From a virus: a DNA stretch of 64,000 nucleotides. The DNA lies in IMG/VR virus record IMGVR_UViG_3300016472_000923; one strand, written 5' to 3'. Each line of letters opens with the position of its first letter. Within the stretch, counting starts at the first letter, position 1. Positions 28,093 through 37,547 of this stretch are shown here, one piece after another. A model generated the notes under the pieces. That model saw only the letters and a list, made by a program, of their open reading frames with translations. It ran no database searches and had not been told where the DNA came from. The position numbers and the translations under genes are program-made.

Positions 28093-28110
28093 CAGACTCT
28101 GCGATTTTTG

Positions 28111-29787
28111 TTAGCCTTTTGCTAGTTCTACCAAACGACGGAAATCCGATCGGTCCAGGCTCTCAGAACTCATGTTGCTGGGTTTGGTCATCATCACGCC
28201 ATCACAGTCAAGGTCTTCGTGCGTGGGTCTGGACTCGATGGTCTGGGCTATTTCGGCCACGCGACTTTCGGGCATGCCACTGGTGCCGCGGACTCTGGGC
28301 TGCCGGAAAGCATAGTAGAAACTGAAGATGCCACCGGTGATGGGATCGCGATAATACAAGGTATCGCTGTATTCTTCTTCGGCTGGACGCAAATGCTCTA
28401 CTCCGGGCAGCACATCAAAATTCACCGAACCAAGTTCATGTATGTCACCTTCCGTGGGAGGTAGCTGGATATCAACCAGTTCGAATTGAGCCGAGCCTTC
28501 GCCCAAGGGTTGGTCCATGGCTCCACCGATGGGTGTGCCAAAACTTTTTTCTTGTATGGTCTGGGTGGGTTCTGTGGGCGTTGGCAATTTAATGCCCATT
28601 TCAGCCATGCGCTGCTGGATAATGGGTCGGGCATCGGCATCGGGATCTTGCAAACTTAGATCTCCCAAACGATCGAATAATTCATCGTCACCGATGAGGT
28701 CATATAGTTGTTCTGTGGCATTGACTGCATCGGGGCCCACGGGCAGAGGTTCAGCCATGATCTCTTCGAGTCGGGCCAGTTGTTCAGCAGTTTCAGGCAG
28801 GCTCCAAGTGGCTTCCGTCATTGTGTCAGCCCAGGATTCAAACTCTTGCACTTCTTTCATCACTGGTTGTTTGATCAAGCGGGTGAGAATAGGCAGTGCC
28901 TCTTCGATCCTACTGTCCAATGTCTGTTCCAGGAACATCTCACGGATCTCGTTCACGGTGTTTTCACTGCTGCACATCTGATCTGGCCGCCATGCATCTC
29001 GGCTTTCTTGGTACCCACGGCTGCCCATCATGCGGTGGGCCTTGGCCCGCATTTCCTGATAATGTTCTCGTGCAGATTCAACCAGACCATTGGCTGTTTC
29101 GTTGAGGCTACGACCCCGGCTGGCACGGAGGAATCTGCTCAAGGTAGCTAATTCGGATACCATCTCCGTGATATGCTGACCAAACGCATCGTACGGCGTT
29201 CCGCCCTCGGCCACATGTCGTGCCAGCATTTTGCCATGCATGAGGCTGCGGCTGGGTACCCGGAAACGCTCTCCTTGATCGGTCTCTATGAAAATAGAAT
29301 CGATATTGCGATATCTGGCTTCACCTTCTTCTAGAGGCCTGCTGTGCTTGATGACCAGTTTGGTCTTTTTTGGCTGATCGCTGTAACTCACTTTACGATT
29401 GCCGTAGTACCCTTCAAAGAGTCCTTCTTTGATGGCAGCCATGCCTTGCATGGTATATTTTAGTCTGTTGATGTTGTTGAGATTGAATGTCAGCATGTTG
29501 CGGCTGGCAAACTGCTTCATCTGCGCTAGGAAATCATACCAAGCCTGGCGATCTTCGCTGTCCATGGCCCTGCCAAGGTTGTCACCATAATAGACTTCCA
29601 TGTCATTGTCTGCACCCAGTAAAACAACCACAGTACCATAATTTTTATTGGCAGTTTTCCAATCAAAACTGAAAAGCTCAGCTTCAGCAGGATCAGTGAC
29701 CGATTTGCCTGATGCATCAAGGATTTCGGGTTCAAAATCTCTAGTGACCAAGAGATAGTACAAGGAGTTAGCAGCAGAATTGTCCAT
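28111..29787 (-). CDS. Putative virion head-associated/internal protein
   Basis: TAAATA 6 nt upstream (29794-29799); acidic; several I/L-x-E sites; C-terminal RRLVELAKG. Confidence 0.5.
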   Translation of the reverse strand: MDNSAANSLYYLLVTRDFEPEILDASGKSVTDPAEAELFSFDWKTANKNYGTVVVLLGADNDMEVYYGDNLGRAMDSEDRQAWYDFLAQMKQFASRNMLTFNLNNINRLKYTMQGMAAIKEGLFEGYYGNRKVSYSDQPKKTKLVIKHSRPLEEGEARYRNIDSIFIETDQGERFRVPSRSLMHGKMLARHVAEGGTPYDAFGQHITEMVSELATLSRFLRASRGRSLNETANGLVESAREHYQEMRAKAHRMMGSRGYQESRDAWRPDQMCSSENTVNEIREMFLEQTLDSRIEEALPILTRLIKQPVMKEVQEFESWADTMTEATWSLPETAEQLARLEEIMAEPLPVGPDAVNATEQLYDLIGDDELFDRLGDLSLQDPDADARPIIQQRMAEMGIKLPTPTEPTQTIQEKSFGTPIGGAMDQPLGEGSAQFELVDIQLPPTEGDIHELGSVNFDVLPGVEHLRPAEEEYSDTLYYRDPITGGIFSFYYAFRQPRVRGTSGMPESRVAEIAQTIESRPTHEDLDCDGVMMTKPSNMSSESLDRSDFRRLVELAKG

Positions 29788-29802
29788 ATAGGTTATTTAG
29801 CG

Positions 29803-31368
29803 TCAACCCATGGTCATAATGAAGGGCAAGGGTTCAACCAGAGACTCATTGTGATCACGCATGTGATCGTCCAGTTCTTTGTGATAGTCTTGCAAGATGA
29901 TCAGCATGCGCACGGCCAGCACAGTGGCCATGACAAGATCGTCGGTTTCTCCGGGTTTGGCAGCATAACTGGTGCCCGCGGCCACGAAATTTTTGAGTTC
30001 TCCTACCAGGCTTCGGCTGTGTATGCGCATCCTGTTGCTTTCCACGAGATGCTTGAGTTTGGCGCAGGCTGCCAGCTTGGGTTTGTGCGTGGTATTGAAC
30101 CCTTTCCTGTAACGACGGCTGCCGCCGCTGGGTTCAGACAGAAAGTACCCCTTGATGTTTTCCTCACCGTACTCTGCGATAGAAATCAAAGCAGCTTCGC
30201 CGATGGAATTATTCTCTACTGAGTAGTAGATGCTGTTTTCTGTGCCTATTAGATCATAGATGTGCTGCACTATGTTGGATAATATCCTGATCTGTGTAGG
30301 AATATCAGTCCTATTGTGGCGCCATTCGGCCACTTGTTCGGTGCTGTTGGCTTCAAACACCTGTATGGCTGCAGGATCTCCGCCAGTGCCCAGGCTGGGA
30401 TCAAGAGCGATGACATAGATCCTATCTCGTTGCGGTTTTTTATACCAGCGTACTTCGCCGGTCTTGTATTCAGGATCGCGCCCGGCGAGATCGATCAGCT
30501 TTGCTGGAGCGATAAGAGTTTCATCAGCGATGATGAATTCACAGTCCATCTCTCTGCGGAAGCGATCGGGACCCAGAGCCGCACGTTGTTGTTGCGCCCA
30601 AGTTTCGTCACGGTCGGGATGTTCGTGCCAGAAACTGCGATAAGCACGGAATCCATTCTGACCCACTTCTGTGGGATTGCCATACTCATCTTCCATCCTG
30701 TTGGCACCTTTCCACAGCAAGGCGAACTGATCTTCGTCTGAGTTGGGGGTGCTAGTGATGATGGCCTTACCACCAGTGGCCAGGGTGGGTGATATGGAAG
30801 TCCAGAATTCCGTGGCTATAGTGGGTCTCACAAAGGCAAACTCGTCTGCGTATAAGAGCGAGATACTCATGCCTCGGCCGGTGTTTTCAGTTGTGGTGGC
30901 CGAAACTATGCGACTGCCGTTGTCAAATGTGAGACTGCCTTTGTTGTAGTCCACTGCCCCTGCCCGGATGTGATCGGGCACCGATTCATAGGCGTAGCGT
31001 ATCCTTTGCATGATCTCTTGGCTACCAGTGTATTTGTGGGCGGCCACCAGGATGGTTGAATCTGGAACGAACATGGCATACCACAGGAGATAGCCAGCAG
31101 CTGAAGTCGATTTTCCGGTCTGCCTGGGCATCATTGAGATTGAAAAACGATAGTTGTGGTAAGTTTCTATCAATCTCTTTTGATAATCAAAGGGATGATA
31201 CATCATGCGACCGCGAGTGGGATGCTGGATATAGAAGAAGTTGTCCATGAAGTACATAGGGCCTGAAACAGGATCCGCGCACCGACGGAACTCTTCGATT
31301 TGTTCAGGTGTATAGACTTGACGAGTGTGTGGTGCTTTGACCAGCACTACTTCATTGGCTTTGCCCAT
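29803..31368 (-). CDS. gp17: Terminase large subunit
   Basis: YQK, PRQTGKST, YADEFAF, ITSTPN, ALDPSLG.GGD, DDLVMA; TAAATA at 31374-31379. Confidence 0.96.
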   Translation of the reverse strand: MGKANEVVLVKAPHTRQVYTPEQIEEFRRCADPVSGPMYFMDNFFYIQHPTRGRMMYHPFDYQKRLIETYHNYRFSISMMPRQTGKSTSAAGYLLWYAMFVPDSTILVAAHKYTGSQEIMQRIRYAYESVPDHIRAGAVDYNKGSLTFDNGSRIVSATTTENTGRGMSISLLYADEFAFVRPTIATEFWTSISPTLATGGKAIITSTPNSDEDQFALLWKGANRMEDEYGNPTEVGQNGFRAYRSFWHEHPDRDETWAQQQRAALGPDRFRREMDCEFIIADETLIAPAKLIDLAGRDPEYKTGEVRWYKKPQRDRIYVIALDPSLGTGGDPAAIQVFEANSTEQVAEWRHNRTDIPTQIRILSNIVQHIYDLIGTENSIYYSVENNSIGEAALISIAEYGEENIKGYFLSEPSGGSRRYRKGFNTTHKPKLAACAKLKHLVESNRMRIHSRSLVGELKNFVAAGTSYAAKPGETDDLVMATVLAVRMLIILQDYHKELDDHMRDHNESLVEPLPFIMTMG

Positions 31369-31372
31369 GCAG

Positions 31373-31588
31373 CTATTTAATGGGTTTTTCGCCGGTGAGA
31401 TAGGGAAGACTGAACCAAAGCTGGAACCATTCAGGGGTTCCTGGTTCTATGTTGTGTTTTTTTTGTAATCGAGCTTTTTCAGTGCCAGTCAAGGATATGT
31501 TGCTGCCTTCGGGGGTTTTGCGGAGACTGTTGCCATATCCTTGTGTCCGAACACCAGCCAGTCGCTGCAGATCTTCTATTGACACCAT
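31373..31588 (-). CDS. Small hypothetical protein with LxRLAG motif
   Basis: EDLQRLAGV; IEPGTPEWFQLWF. Confidence 0.6.
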   Translation of the reverse strand: MVSIEDLQRLAGVRTQGYGNSLRKTPEGSNISLTGTEKARLQKKHNIEPGTPEWFQLWFSLPYLTGEKPIK

Positions 31589-32022
31589 GATTGTTTAGCA
31601 TCGCCGTAGTATTCGCGTGCCAGACCATTGGCGATGAGACCGGCACGCACGCTCTGTCCATCTACGATGATGTCGCCTAGCACACGACCACCAAACTTGT
31701 CCCAGGCGTAGAGGGTGACCTGGAACTTCTGTCCACGACCGATCAGGGCCTTGGTCCACTGGCTGGCCTGTTCGCCACGCTGCGCTTCTGACGGGCACTG
31801 GGCACGATGGCCTTTTTCTGGAGTGTCCACACCATAGATCCTCACAGCCAGTTCAGGCTTGAGAGGCGCTGGCAGGAAGCGAGCAGAGATCACGATGGTA
31901 TCTCCATCGCTCACACGCAAGACCTGGGTGTCATAGGTCACCCCTTGTGGTGCTTTCTGTGCATGGGCCGATCCCATCATGGCTAAAATAGTGAATATGA
32001 TTGCAAAGATTTTCCCCATCAT
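31576..32022 (-). CDS. Thermonuclease (SNase-like) with predicted signal peptide
   Basis: VSDGDT, VRIYGVDTPE, DKFGGRVLG, GLAREY; N-terminus KIFAIIFTILAMMGSAHA. Confidence 0.88.
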   Translation of the reverse strand: MMGKIFAIIFTILAMMGSAHAQKAPQGVTYDTQVLRVSDGDTIVISARFLPAPLKPELAVRIYGVDTPEKGHRAQCPSEAQRGEQASQWTKALIGRGQKFQVTLYAWDKFGGRVLGDIIVDGQSVRAGLIANGLAREYYGDAKQSWCQ

Positions 32023-32029
32023 CGATCCT

Positions 32030-33358
32030 TTAGTTAGAAGCTTCTTCCCATCCAAAATTATACAGCACATCACCGTTGTTTTGGGTATAGGCCACCACGA
32101 GACTCAAGGTATCGCTCACACCATCAACATCGCGGCCCAACTGTAATCTGCGTCTGACATCCTCCGATATTTCTACTTCGTCTCGGCTAGAACTCAAACC
32201 ACTGTAGACCATAGTACCGTCACCGACCTGGAATCTAGCTTCATTGGTCTGCACCACTGAATTTGTGACATTGGCCCATTGGGTGTTGGCTATGGCGTTG
32301 CTGGCATTGAGTATCAATTGGAACTGACCATATCTCACATCGATGGGCAAGAGATCGATCTGTGATGGAACCACGGCAGCATCAGGATAGGCATTGCCCA
32401 AACGGATGCTGGCTAGATTGAACTTGACATTACCTGTAGGTACCTTGTATGCAGTGGTTCCATTGGTCACATACTGCACCGTGGTCACGGGATTGTAACC
32501 ACCTTCTGATATCACGGTGCTGCAGATCTGCCGCATGGTGGCAGCACCGGCCGTAGCAGCGGTATTGGTTATCTCGTATCTGCAGTTCAAGGTAGCCGTG
32601 GTCATGTACACATTGGTGTTGCCGGCCTGGTTGGCATGATTGAACACATGGCAGATATAGAATACGCCGTTGATCACGAATCCCACTCGCACTGAACCCA
32701 CGCCTAGCCATTCTATGTCAGTCCAGAAGATCTGTGTCAGCGTGGGATCTAGTGTGATACCCGAAGGCCCCGACCCATCCATGGGGTCTTGGTTCCAATC
32801 GGCCTGGGCTATGCGGGTGTTGACCACAGACCCCGTGACCGAACTACGGATCACCATGTAGAGATCCGCACCATCGGCTTCGAAATATACACCATTGCCG
32901 GAAGTGAAGTAGCCCACTCTCTGCCGGCAACCTGCTTGCAAGGTGCCCATGGCAAAGGTGTTCATGATCAAGAGGCTTTTGCCGGGCTGATAGACCTGCA
33001 CTGTGCGACACTGGCTGATCACAGAGTCGCCGTTGGCACCGGTCACGGCCATGGTGAACGAACTGGAGTTGGCATCATAGGTGAAAGCACCAGACCCAGC
33101 GGTTTTCTGGGCAAACTGATTGCCATTGAGATAACGGTTCTGGCTGTCAAACAGCGTGAAGGGCTGGGTTACTCGCAGACGGCCAAACGCATCAGTGCCG
33201 GTGTTGCCATTGATTACAGTGTTGCCATAGCCCGAGGAACCTGTGGACACCCGGATGATGGGCTGGCCAGCAGCATTATAGTCCATGGCCTGATGCAGGT
33301 CATTGAGCTGATAGTTGGGAAACGGATGCTGGTAGTCAGTGGGCCCTTGGATGCTCAT
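32030..33358 (-). CDS. Hypothetical beta-rich protein, probably virion-associated
   Basis: DAFGRLRV, YQPGKS, EWLGVG motifs; head-region context. Confidence 0.55.
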   Translation of the reverse strand: MSIQGPTDYQHPFPNYQLNDLHQAMDYNAAGQPIIRVSTGSSGYGNTVINGNTGTDAFGRLRVTQPFTLFDSQNRYLNGNQFAQKTAGSGAFTYDANSSSFTMAVTGANGDSVISQCRTVQVYQPGKSLLIMNTFAMGTLQAGCRQRVGYFTSGNGVYFEADGADLYMVIRSSVTGSVVNTRIAQADWNQDPMDGSGPSGITLDPTLTQIFWTDIEWLGVGSVRVGFVINGVFYICHVFNHANQAGNTNVYMTTATLNCRYEITNTAATAGAATMRQICSTVISEGGYNPVTTVQYVTNGTTAYKVPTGNVKFNLASIRLGNAYPDAAVVPSQIDLLPIDVRYGQFQLILNASNAIANTQWANVTNSVVQTNEARFQVGDGTMVYSGLSSSRDEVEISEDVRRRLQLGRDVDGVSDTLSLVVAYTQNNGDVLYNFGWEEASN

Positions 33359-33729
33359 CTAGGATATCCCCGGAATGCTTTCACAGGACTTGTTGTACCT
33401 GTGTCTGCGGTCTCTTGACTATTTCGGGTTCCCACTAATTTTTTGCCGCCTTTGATGCCAGCCAATTTCAGGGCTCGATCAATGAGTTCATCTTCGTTTT
33501 CCAAACTCGAGATCACAGCATATTCTCCAAATGCGCCTTCCTCTGCAAATTCCGGAAGATTAGCAGGAACATCGCCTGCGCGGGCGCGGGCCAATGCCAG
33601 TCCAAATCTGTAGGTTTTATAAGGATCTTGGCTGGTGAGCCCAGGAATCACATAGGTGTTGGCCAATGCGCTCTGCTGACTGGGATCTAGTTTTCCCATT
33701 TGCTCGGTTATGAATTCTCTGGCTCGCAT
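33355..33729 (-). CDS. MRAREF/GYPR-family putative capsid-internal protein A
   Basis: MRAREFITE...SPVKAFRGYPR; TATAAGTA 7 nt upstream. Confidence 0.65.
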   Translation of the reverse strand: MRAREFITEQMGKLDPSQQSALANTYVIPGLTSQDPYKTYRFGLALARARAGDVPANLPEFAEEGAFGEYAVISSLENEDELIDRALKLAGIKGGKKLVGTRNSQETADTGTTSPVKAFRGYPR

Positions 33730-33739
33730 AATATAATAC

Positions 33740-34474
33740 TTATACCTTTTGCTGGATCTGATCAGCCCAAGCCGTGGTACTGAGCCAGCGTTGATAGATC
33801 GAATCTGCTGTGCGTTGATGCTGTGCCAAATATGGCTCTATGCCTGAGATTATGCCTGTGCTGTCCTGAACTGTGTCGTACTGTGTTCTTGCCTCTGCCC
33901 ATAGTGGATCCTCGTCATGGGCCCAGGCTTGTGCTTTGTCCGCATCCATCTCGATATGGAACTGCATGGCTAGATGTGGTCCCATGCTCCAGGCTTGATT
34001 GGGACAAGCAGGGCTAGATGCCAACTTTGTTGCGCCTGGGGGCAAGTCAAACGCTTCATAGTGCCACTGTATCACCACAGGAGTGGGATCGTCTCCAAAC
34101 CAATCTTTCACAGCAGGATCATCAGTGTAGGTTATAGGCTGCCAACCTATCTCAGGCCTAGGACTGGTTTTGATTTCGGCACCCAACGCACGGCTCATGA
34201 GTTGTCCTCCCAAACAGTGTCCTATCACGGGGATATCATTGAGGACGGCCTGCAGAATCAGGATCTCTGCCTGACGGTTGCTGAGCAAGGGATCGTTTGA
34301 ACTCATACCACCGCCCATCACAGCCAGTGCCGAGAATGGCTCTATGCTGGAAGGAAATTCTTCGCCGTCACCAGCATTGCGGATTTCATAATGGATGCCT
34401 TTGCGATCCAACCAGGTACGGAGATAAGCTGCTCGTTCAGGAGTTTGATGCTGGAGGATCAGTACGGGCTTCAC
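33740..34474 (-). CDS. Class I glutamine amidotransferase-like hydrolase
   Basis: MGG, GHCLGGQL, EIGW, QWHYE, QFHIE (Cys-His-Glu triad). Confidence 0.92.
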   Translation of the reverse strand: MKPVLILQHQTPERAAYLRTWLDRKGIHYEIRNAGDGEEFPSSIEPFSALAVMGGGMSSNDPLLSNRQAEILILQAVLNDIPVIGHCLGGQLMSRALGAEIKTSPRPEIGWQPITYTDDPAVKDWFGDDPTPVVIQWHYEAFDLPPGATKLASSPACPNQAWSMGPHLAMQFHIEMDADKAQAWAHDEDPLWAEARTQYDTVQDSTGIISGIEPYLAQHQRTADSIYQRWLSTTAWADQIQQKV

Positions 34475-34486
34475 AGTTGAGCCCGA

Positions 34487-34885
34487 TTAGCGAGGATAAC
34501 CTTTGAAACCTCGGACAGGACTGGTCTTCTGCACCCAGTCGGCTTCGGTGCTGCGATTGTCGGTGATCTTTCGCACTTCGCCAGCACCCACCATGCGTGC
34601 TGCTGCATTCACTATCTCTAGATCTGCATCACTGTAAGTTGCAAGTAGTGGGTCGCCAGCAAAAGCACCAGCGGGTTCTGTCATGTGATCAGGAGCGCCA
34701 GCCATGGCTATGCCAAAACGCCATTGGGTGTAGGGACTGCCGCCTTGCTTGTTTTGGCTGATGTCGGGCATGCTGATCAAGCCCTTCATGGCAGATCTCT
34801 GCGATTTAGGCAGTTTTTTGGCATTGGCAGGCACATCTTCTGCAGCGCCAAATCGGGCTTCGTTAATAAATTCGCGTGCTCGCAT
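34487..34885 (-). CDS. MRAREF/GYPR-family putative capsid-internal protein B
   Basis: MRAREFINE...SPVRGFKGYPR; ATG overlaps the Ntn hydrolase stop. Confidence 0.65.
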   Translation of the reverse strand: MRAREFINEARFGAAEDVPANAKKLPKSQRSAMKGLISMPDISQNKQGGSPYTQWRFGIAMAGAPDHMTEPAGAFAGDPLLATYSDADLEIVNAAARMVGAGEVRKITDNRSTEADWVQKTSPVRGFKGYPR

Positions 34886-35760
34886 CACTGATCTTTCATT
34901 TTCATCTGGGCAAACGGAGGATCTCCCTGCACATTCTGCCATAGTTCACGATTACCTAATATCTCTACCCATACATTGGTGTGGGGTTTGTTAAGCCGCC
35001 AAAAGTCAAAATCTATGTGACTGCTGACTGGTCGGCAATACAATGTGCGTTCTTTGGGCACACATAGTTGCTGACTAGTTGTACGCATTTTCTTCCTAGC
35101 AGTGCTATACCTCATGATATTTAGTTGTGGGTGGTTGATGTAAACTTGACACATGCCATCTACTAGATCCTGTGGTCGTTTGGCTGCTTCAACCAACGCT
35201 TGAGCTTGTGCTAGTCGACTTTCACTGCTGATCCTGCCCAGCGTCTCGCTTTCGTCGTTGAGATTGCGTTGATAGCCAGCATCTTTGATCCAAAGGCCGT
35301 GATTGCTGCGAGCCACTGTGTCGCTGGGATCAATCTTTTTGACCACATAGCGATATGGTGCGGTACCATCATCGTCCGTGGCTTCAATGAGATAGCAGTC
35401 GTCTTGATTGAATACCATGGTACATCCGCCCAACTCACGCTCGATCAGCAATTTCACAGCATCTTGGGGATCGCGAAACAACAAAGCCCGGGCTATGATC
35501 CTGCCATCGGGGCTAGAGTCTGCTGTGCCGGCTTCTACTTCAGTCTCATCGTCATAGACATCAAGGCTGGTGTTGAGTATGCTGAGTCCAGTGCTGTTGA
35601 TACCTTCTTTGTAGCCAGTGACTTGATCATGCATCATCATGCGATTGATGTTGTGGCTGTTGTCTTCAATGAAATCCAGTGTAGGAGTATAATTTCTATC
35701 GCGGTTCTTGGCACCGGCCCATCCTATGCCAGGAAAGTACTTGGCGACGATGATGCACAT
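34885..35760 (-). CDS. Ntn-hydrolase-like protein (NRDE/TANGO2 or peptidase C45-like)
   Basis: N-terminal MCII (Cys2 nucleophile), KNRDR, EGIN..G, RSNHG, SSESR. Confidence 0.7.
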   Translation of the reverse strand: MCIIVAKYFPGIGWAGAKNRDRNYTPTLDFIEDNSHNINRMMMHDQVTGYKEGINSTGLSILNTSLDVYDDETEVEAGTADSSPDGRIIARALLFRDPQDAVKLLIERELGGCTMVFNQDDCYLIEATDDDGTAPYRYVVKKIDPSDTVARSNHGLWIKDAGYQRNLNDESETLGRISSESRLAQAQALVEAAKRPQDLVDGMCQVYINHPQLNIMRYSTARKKMRTTSQQLCVPKERTLYCRPVSSHIDFDFWRLNKPHTNVWVEILGNRELWQNVQGDPPFAQMKMKDQ

Positions 35761-35762
35761 GG

Positions 35763-36143
35763 CTATCTGGGATAACCGCGGAAAGGTTTTACGGGACTGG
35801 TAGCGTTGGTACCGTTGGGCTCAAGGCTGCCCGGACCGATGGTCTCTTGTGGCTTCATGCCCAGTTTTTTAAGTATGGCTTTGAGTTTGATTCTGTCAGC
35901 ATCGGTATAGGCCGAAAACGCTGGCAGATTACCAAAGAAACTGATGGTGTCAACCTTGTCTAGTTCTTCGGGATCCATGCCAGCTAGTGTGGCTACTCGA
36001 TAGAAGTCATAGTAGCGACCCCAGTAGGTGTCACCATTGCCGCCAGGGCCAATCATGCCCGGATGTGCCATCTCAAATTCGTGGCGAGCGTCGGCCCTTT
36101 GACCTTGACGCTTGCCTTCGGTGACAAACTCCTTGGCTCGCAT
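35763..36143 (-). CDS. MRAREF/GYPR-family putative capsid-internal protein C
   Basis: MRAKEFVTE...SPVKPFRGYPR. Confidence 0.65.
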   Translation of the reverse strand: MRAKEFVTEGKRQGQRADARHEFEMAHPGMIGPGGNGDTYWGRYYDFYRVATLAGMDPEELDKVDTISFFGNLPAFSAYTDADRIKLKAILKKLGMKPQETIGPGSLEPNGTNATSPVKPFRGYPR

Positions 36144-36152
36144 ACGAATATT

Positions 36153-36437
36153 TTAGCTGGGCTGCCGTACTGCTCGACTACCGCTGGTCTGGGTACCTAT
36201 TTCTTGGGCGGTAAAATTAGAACCTATGATGGTTAGTTGATTACCCACTCCCACCCAGACATCTGAAGCTGTATAAGCAGGAATAGATGATGCATTGCTG
36301 AAAATATTGCCTGTGGTTGGTGTTCCAGTTATCATGTTGACATTGTAAGTGACGGCTGTGTTACCAGTTGAGATCCTGCACTTGTCGGTGGTCCAGGCCA
36401 GAGCCGAAACTGAAGTATAGACATTTGCTTGAGACAT
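36153..36437 (-). CDS. Small S/T/N-rich beta protein
   Basis: 94-aa ORF; SD AAGGA. Confidence 0.55.
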   Translation of the reverse strand: MSQANVYTSVSALAWTTDKCRISTGNTAVTYNVNMITGTPTTGNIFSNASSIPAYTASDVWVGVGNQLTIIGSNFTAQEIGTQTSGSRAVRQPS

Positions 36438-36452
36438 TATAATTTTCCTTGT

Positions 36453-37547
36453 TTACCAAGCCCGGCACGACCAGTAGCGTGCTTTGGTCCTTGGTCCTGG
36501 ATTGTCGCAGCGATGCCGGGCACGGAAACTACGCCGTCTCGCTGGGTCACTTTTTTTGATCTTCATGGTCTTCTGACCAGCACGTTTGGCCGAAGTACCG
36601 CCGTGACCAAAGTTTACTTTTTTCACATTACCAGTTTTGGGATCTTTGACATAGACTTTGAACTTCTTGACATCGCCACGCATGGGCTTGCCCAGAGGTA
36701 CTTTGCGACCACGATATTCGGCTTCGCCGATGGGATCTTCTTCACTGGTAGTATCATTGTCCACTCCGGTCTCTTGATAGCCGGTTTCTTGTTGGGTAGG
36801 ATCTTCGTCAATTGTGGTTACTTTATCAGTATCTCCGTCGGCGCCCACAGGAGCCAGTGCTGCAGCTTTTGCTGCCAACGGATCGGTGGTATTGGCTTCT
36901 TCTTCCATGCGTGTGCAGCCAGCCAATTCCAACATGCGGCTCATGAAATCTTCCGCTACAGGTTCTGCGGGTTCAGCCGGTGTGTCAATGTCACCATCAC
37001 CATAGTCGTCAACGATCTGATCCATCATGATCTCTAGGATGTCTTCCTGCTGATCGTCGGGGTGAAGCCGATTGTGTTGTGCTACCTTGGCAAACATGTT
37101 TTCGAGATAGGACTGAGTGGCCTGGCCCATCTTACCGTTGAAAGCATCATACAGCATGTCAAAGTCTTCGCTGCTGGCGATGTTTTGCAGGTCGATGTCA
37201 ATCTCGCTCATCACACCTTCGTCCAATTCTTCTTCTCGCTCGTCGCGTCCAGCACCGTAATCTTTGGTTTGTGGGTGAGTGTTAGGATCAACATCACTGT
37301 CTTCGTTGGTAAATCCCATAGCACGACTGTTGCCCACGGCACCATAACGAGCAATGTCTTCAACGATTTCGCAGCCAAAAGATTCAAGCAAGGCTGTCAC
37401 AGCATCGTCGCCGTAGATAGTCACAGAATCCTTTGAGGCTTCTAGCACATAGCTTTCTAAAAGACTGTCTGGTGCCAGTTCTATATCCAACTCGTCACCG
37501 GGCTGGATGTTTTCAACAAGATCGATATAATGTTTTAGTCCCGGCAT
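36453..37547 (-). CDS. Acidic head-region protein with a basic C-terminal domain (DUF6321-like)
   Basis: C-terminal EAEYRGRKV...KKVNFG...SFRARHRC...ARYWSCRAW. Confidence 0.65.
   Translation of the reverse strand: MPGLKHYIDLVENIQPGDELDIELAPDSLLESYVLEASKDSVTIYGDDAVTALLESFGCEIVEDIARYGAVGNSRAMGFTNEDSDVDPNTHPQTKDYGAGRDEREEELDEGVMSEIDIDLQNIASSEDFDMLYDAFNGKMGQATQSYLENMFAKVAQHNRLHPDDQQEDILEIMMDQIVDDYGDGDIDTPAEPAEPVAEDFMSRMLELAGCTRMEEEANTTDPLAAKAAALAPVGADGDTDKVTTIDEDPTQQETGYQETGVDNDTTSEEDPIGEAEYRGRKVPLGKPMRGDVKKFKVYVKDPKTGNVKKVNFGHGGTSAKRAGQKTMKIKKSDPARRRSFRARHRCDNPGPRTKARYWSCRAW

Noticed and set aside
29803-31368. Introns or inteins in terminase, UvsW or UvsX
   Set aside because: All three are continuous and of ordinary length, with no splicing motifs.
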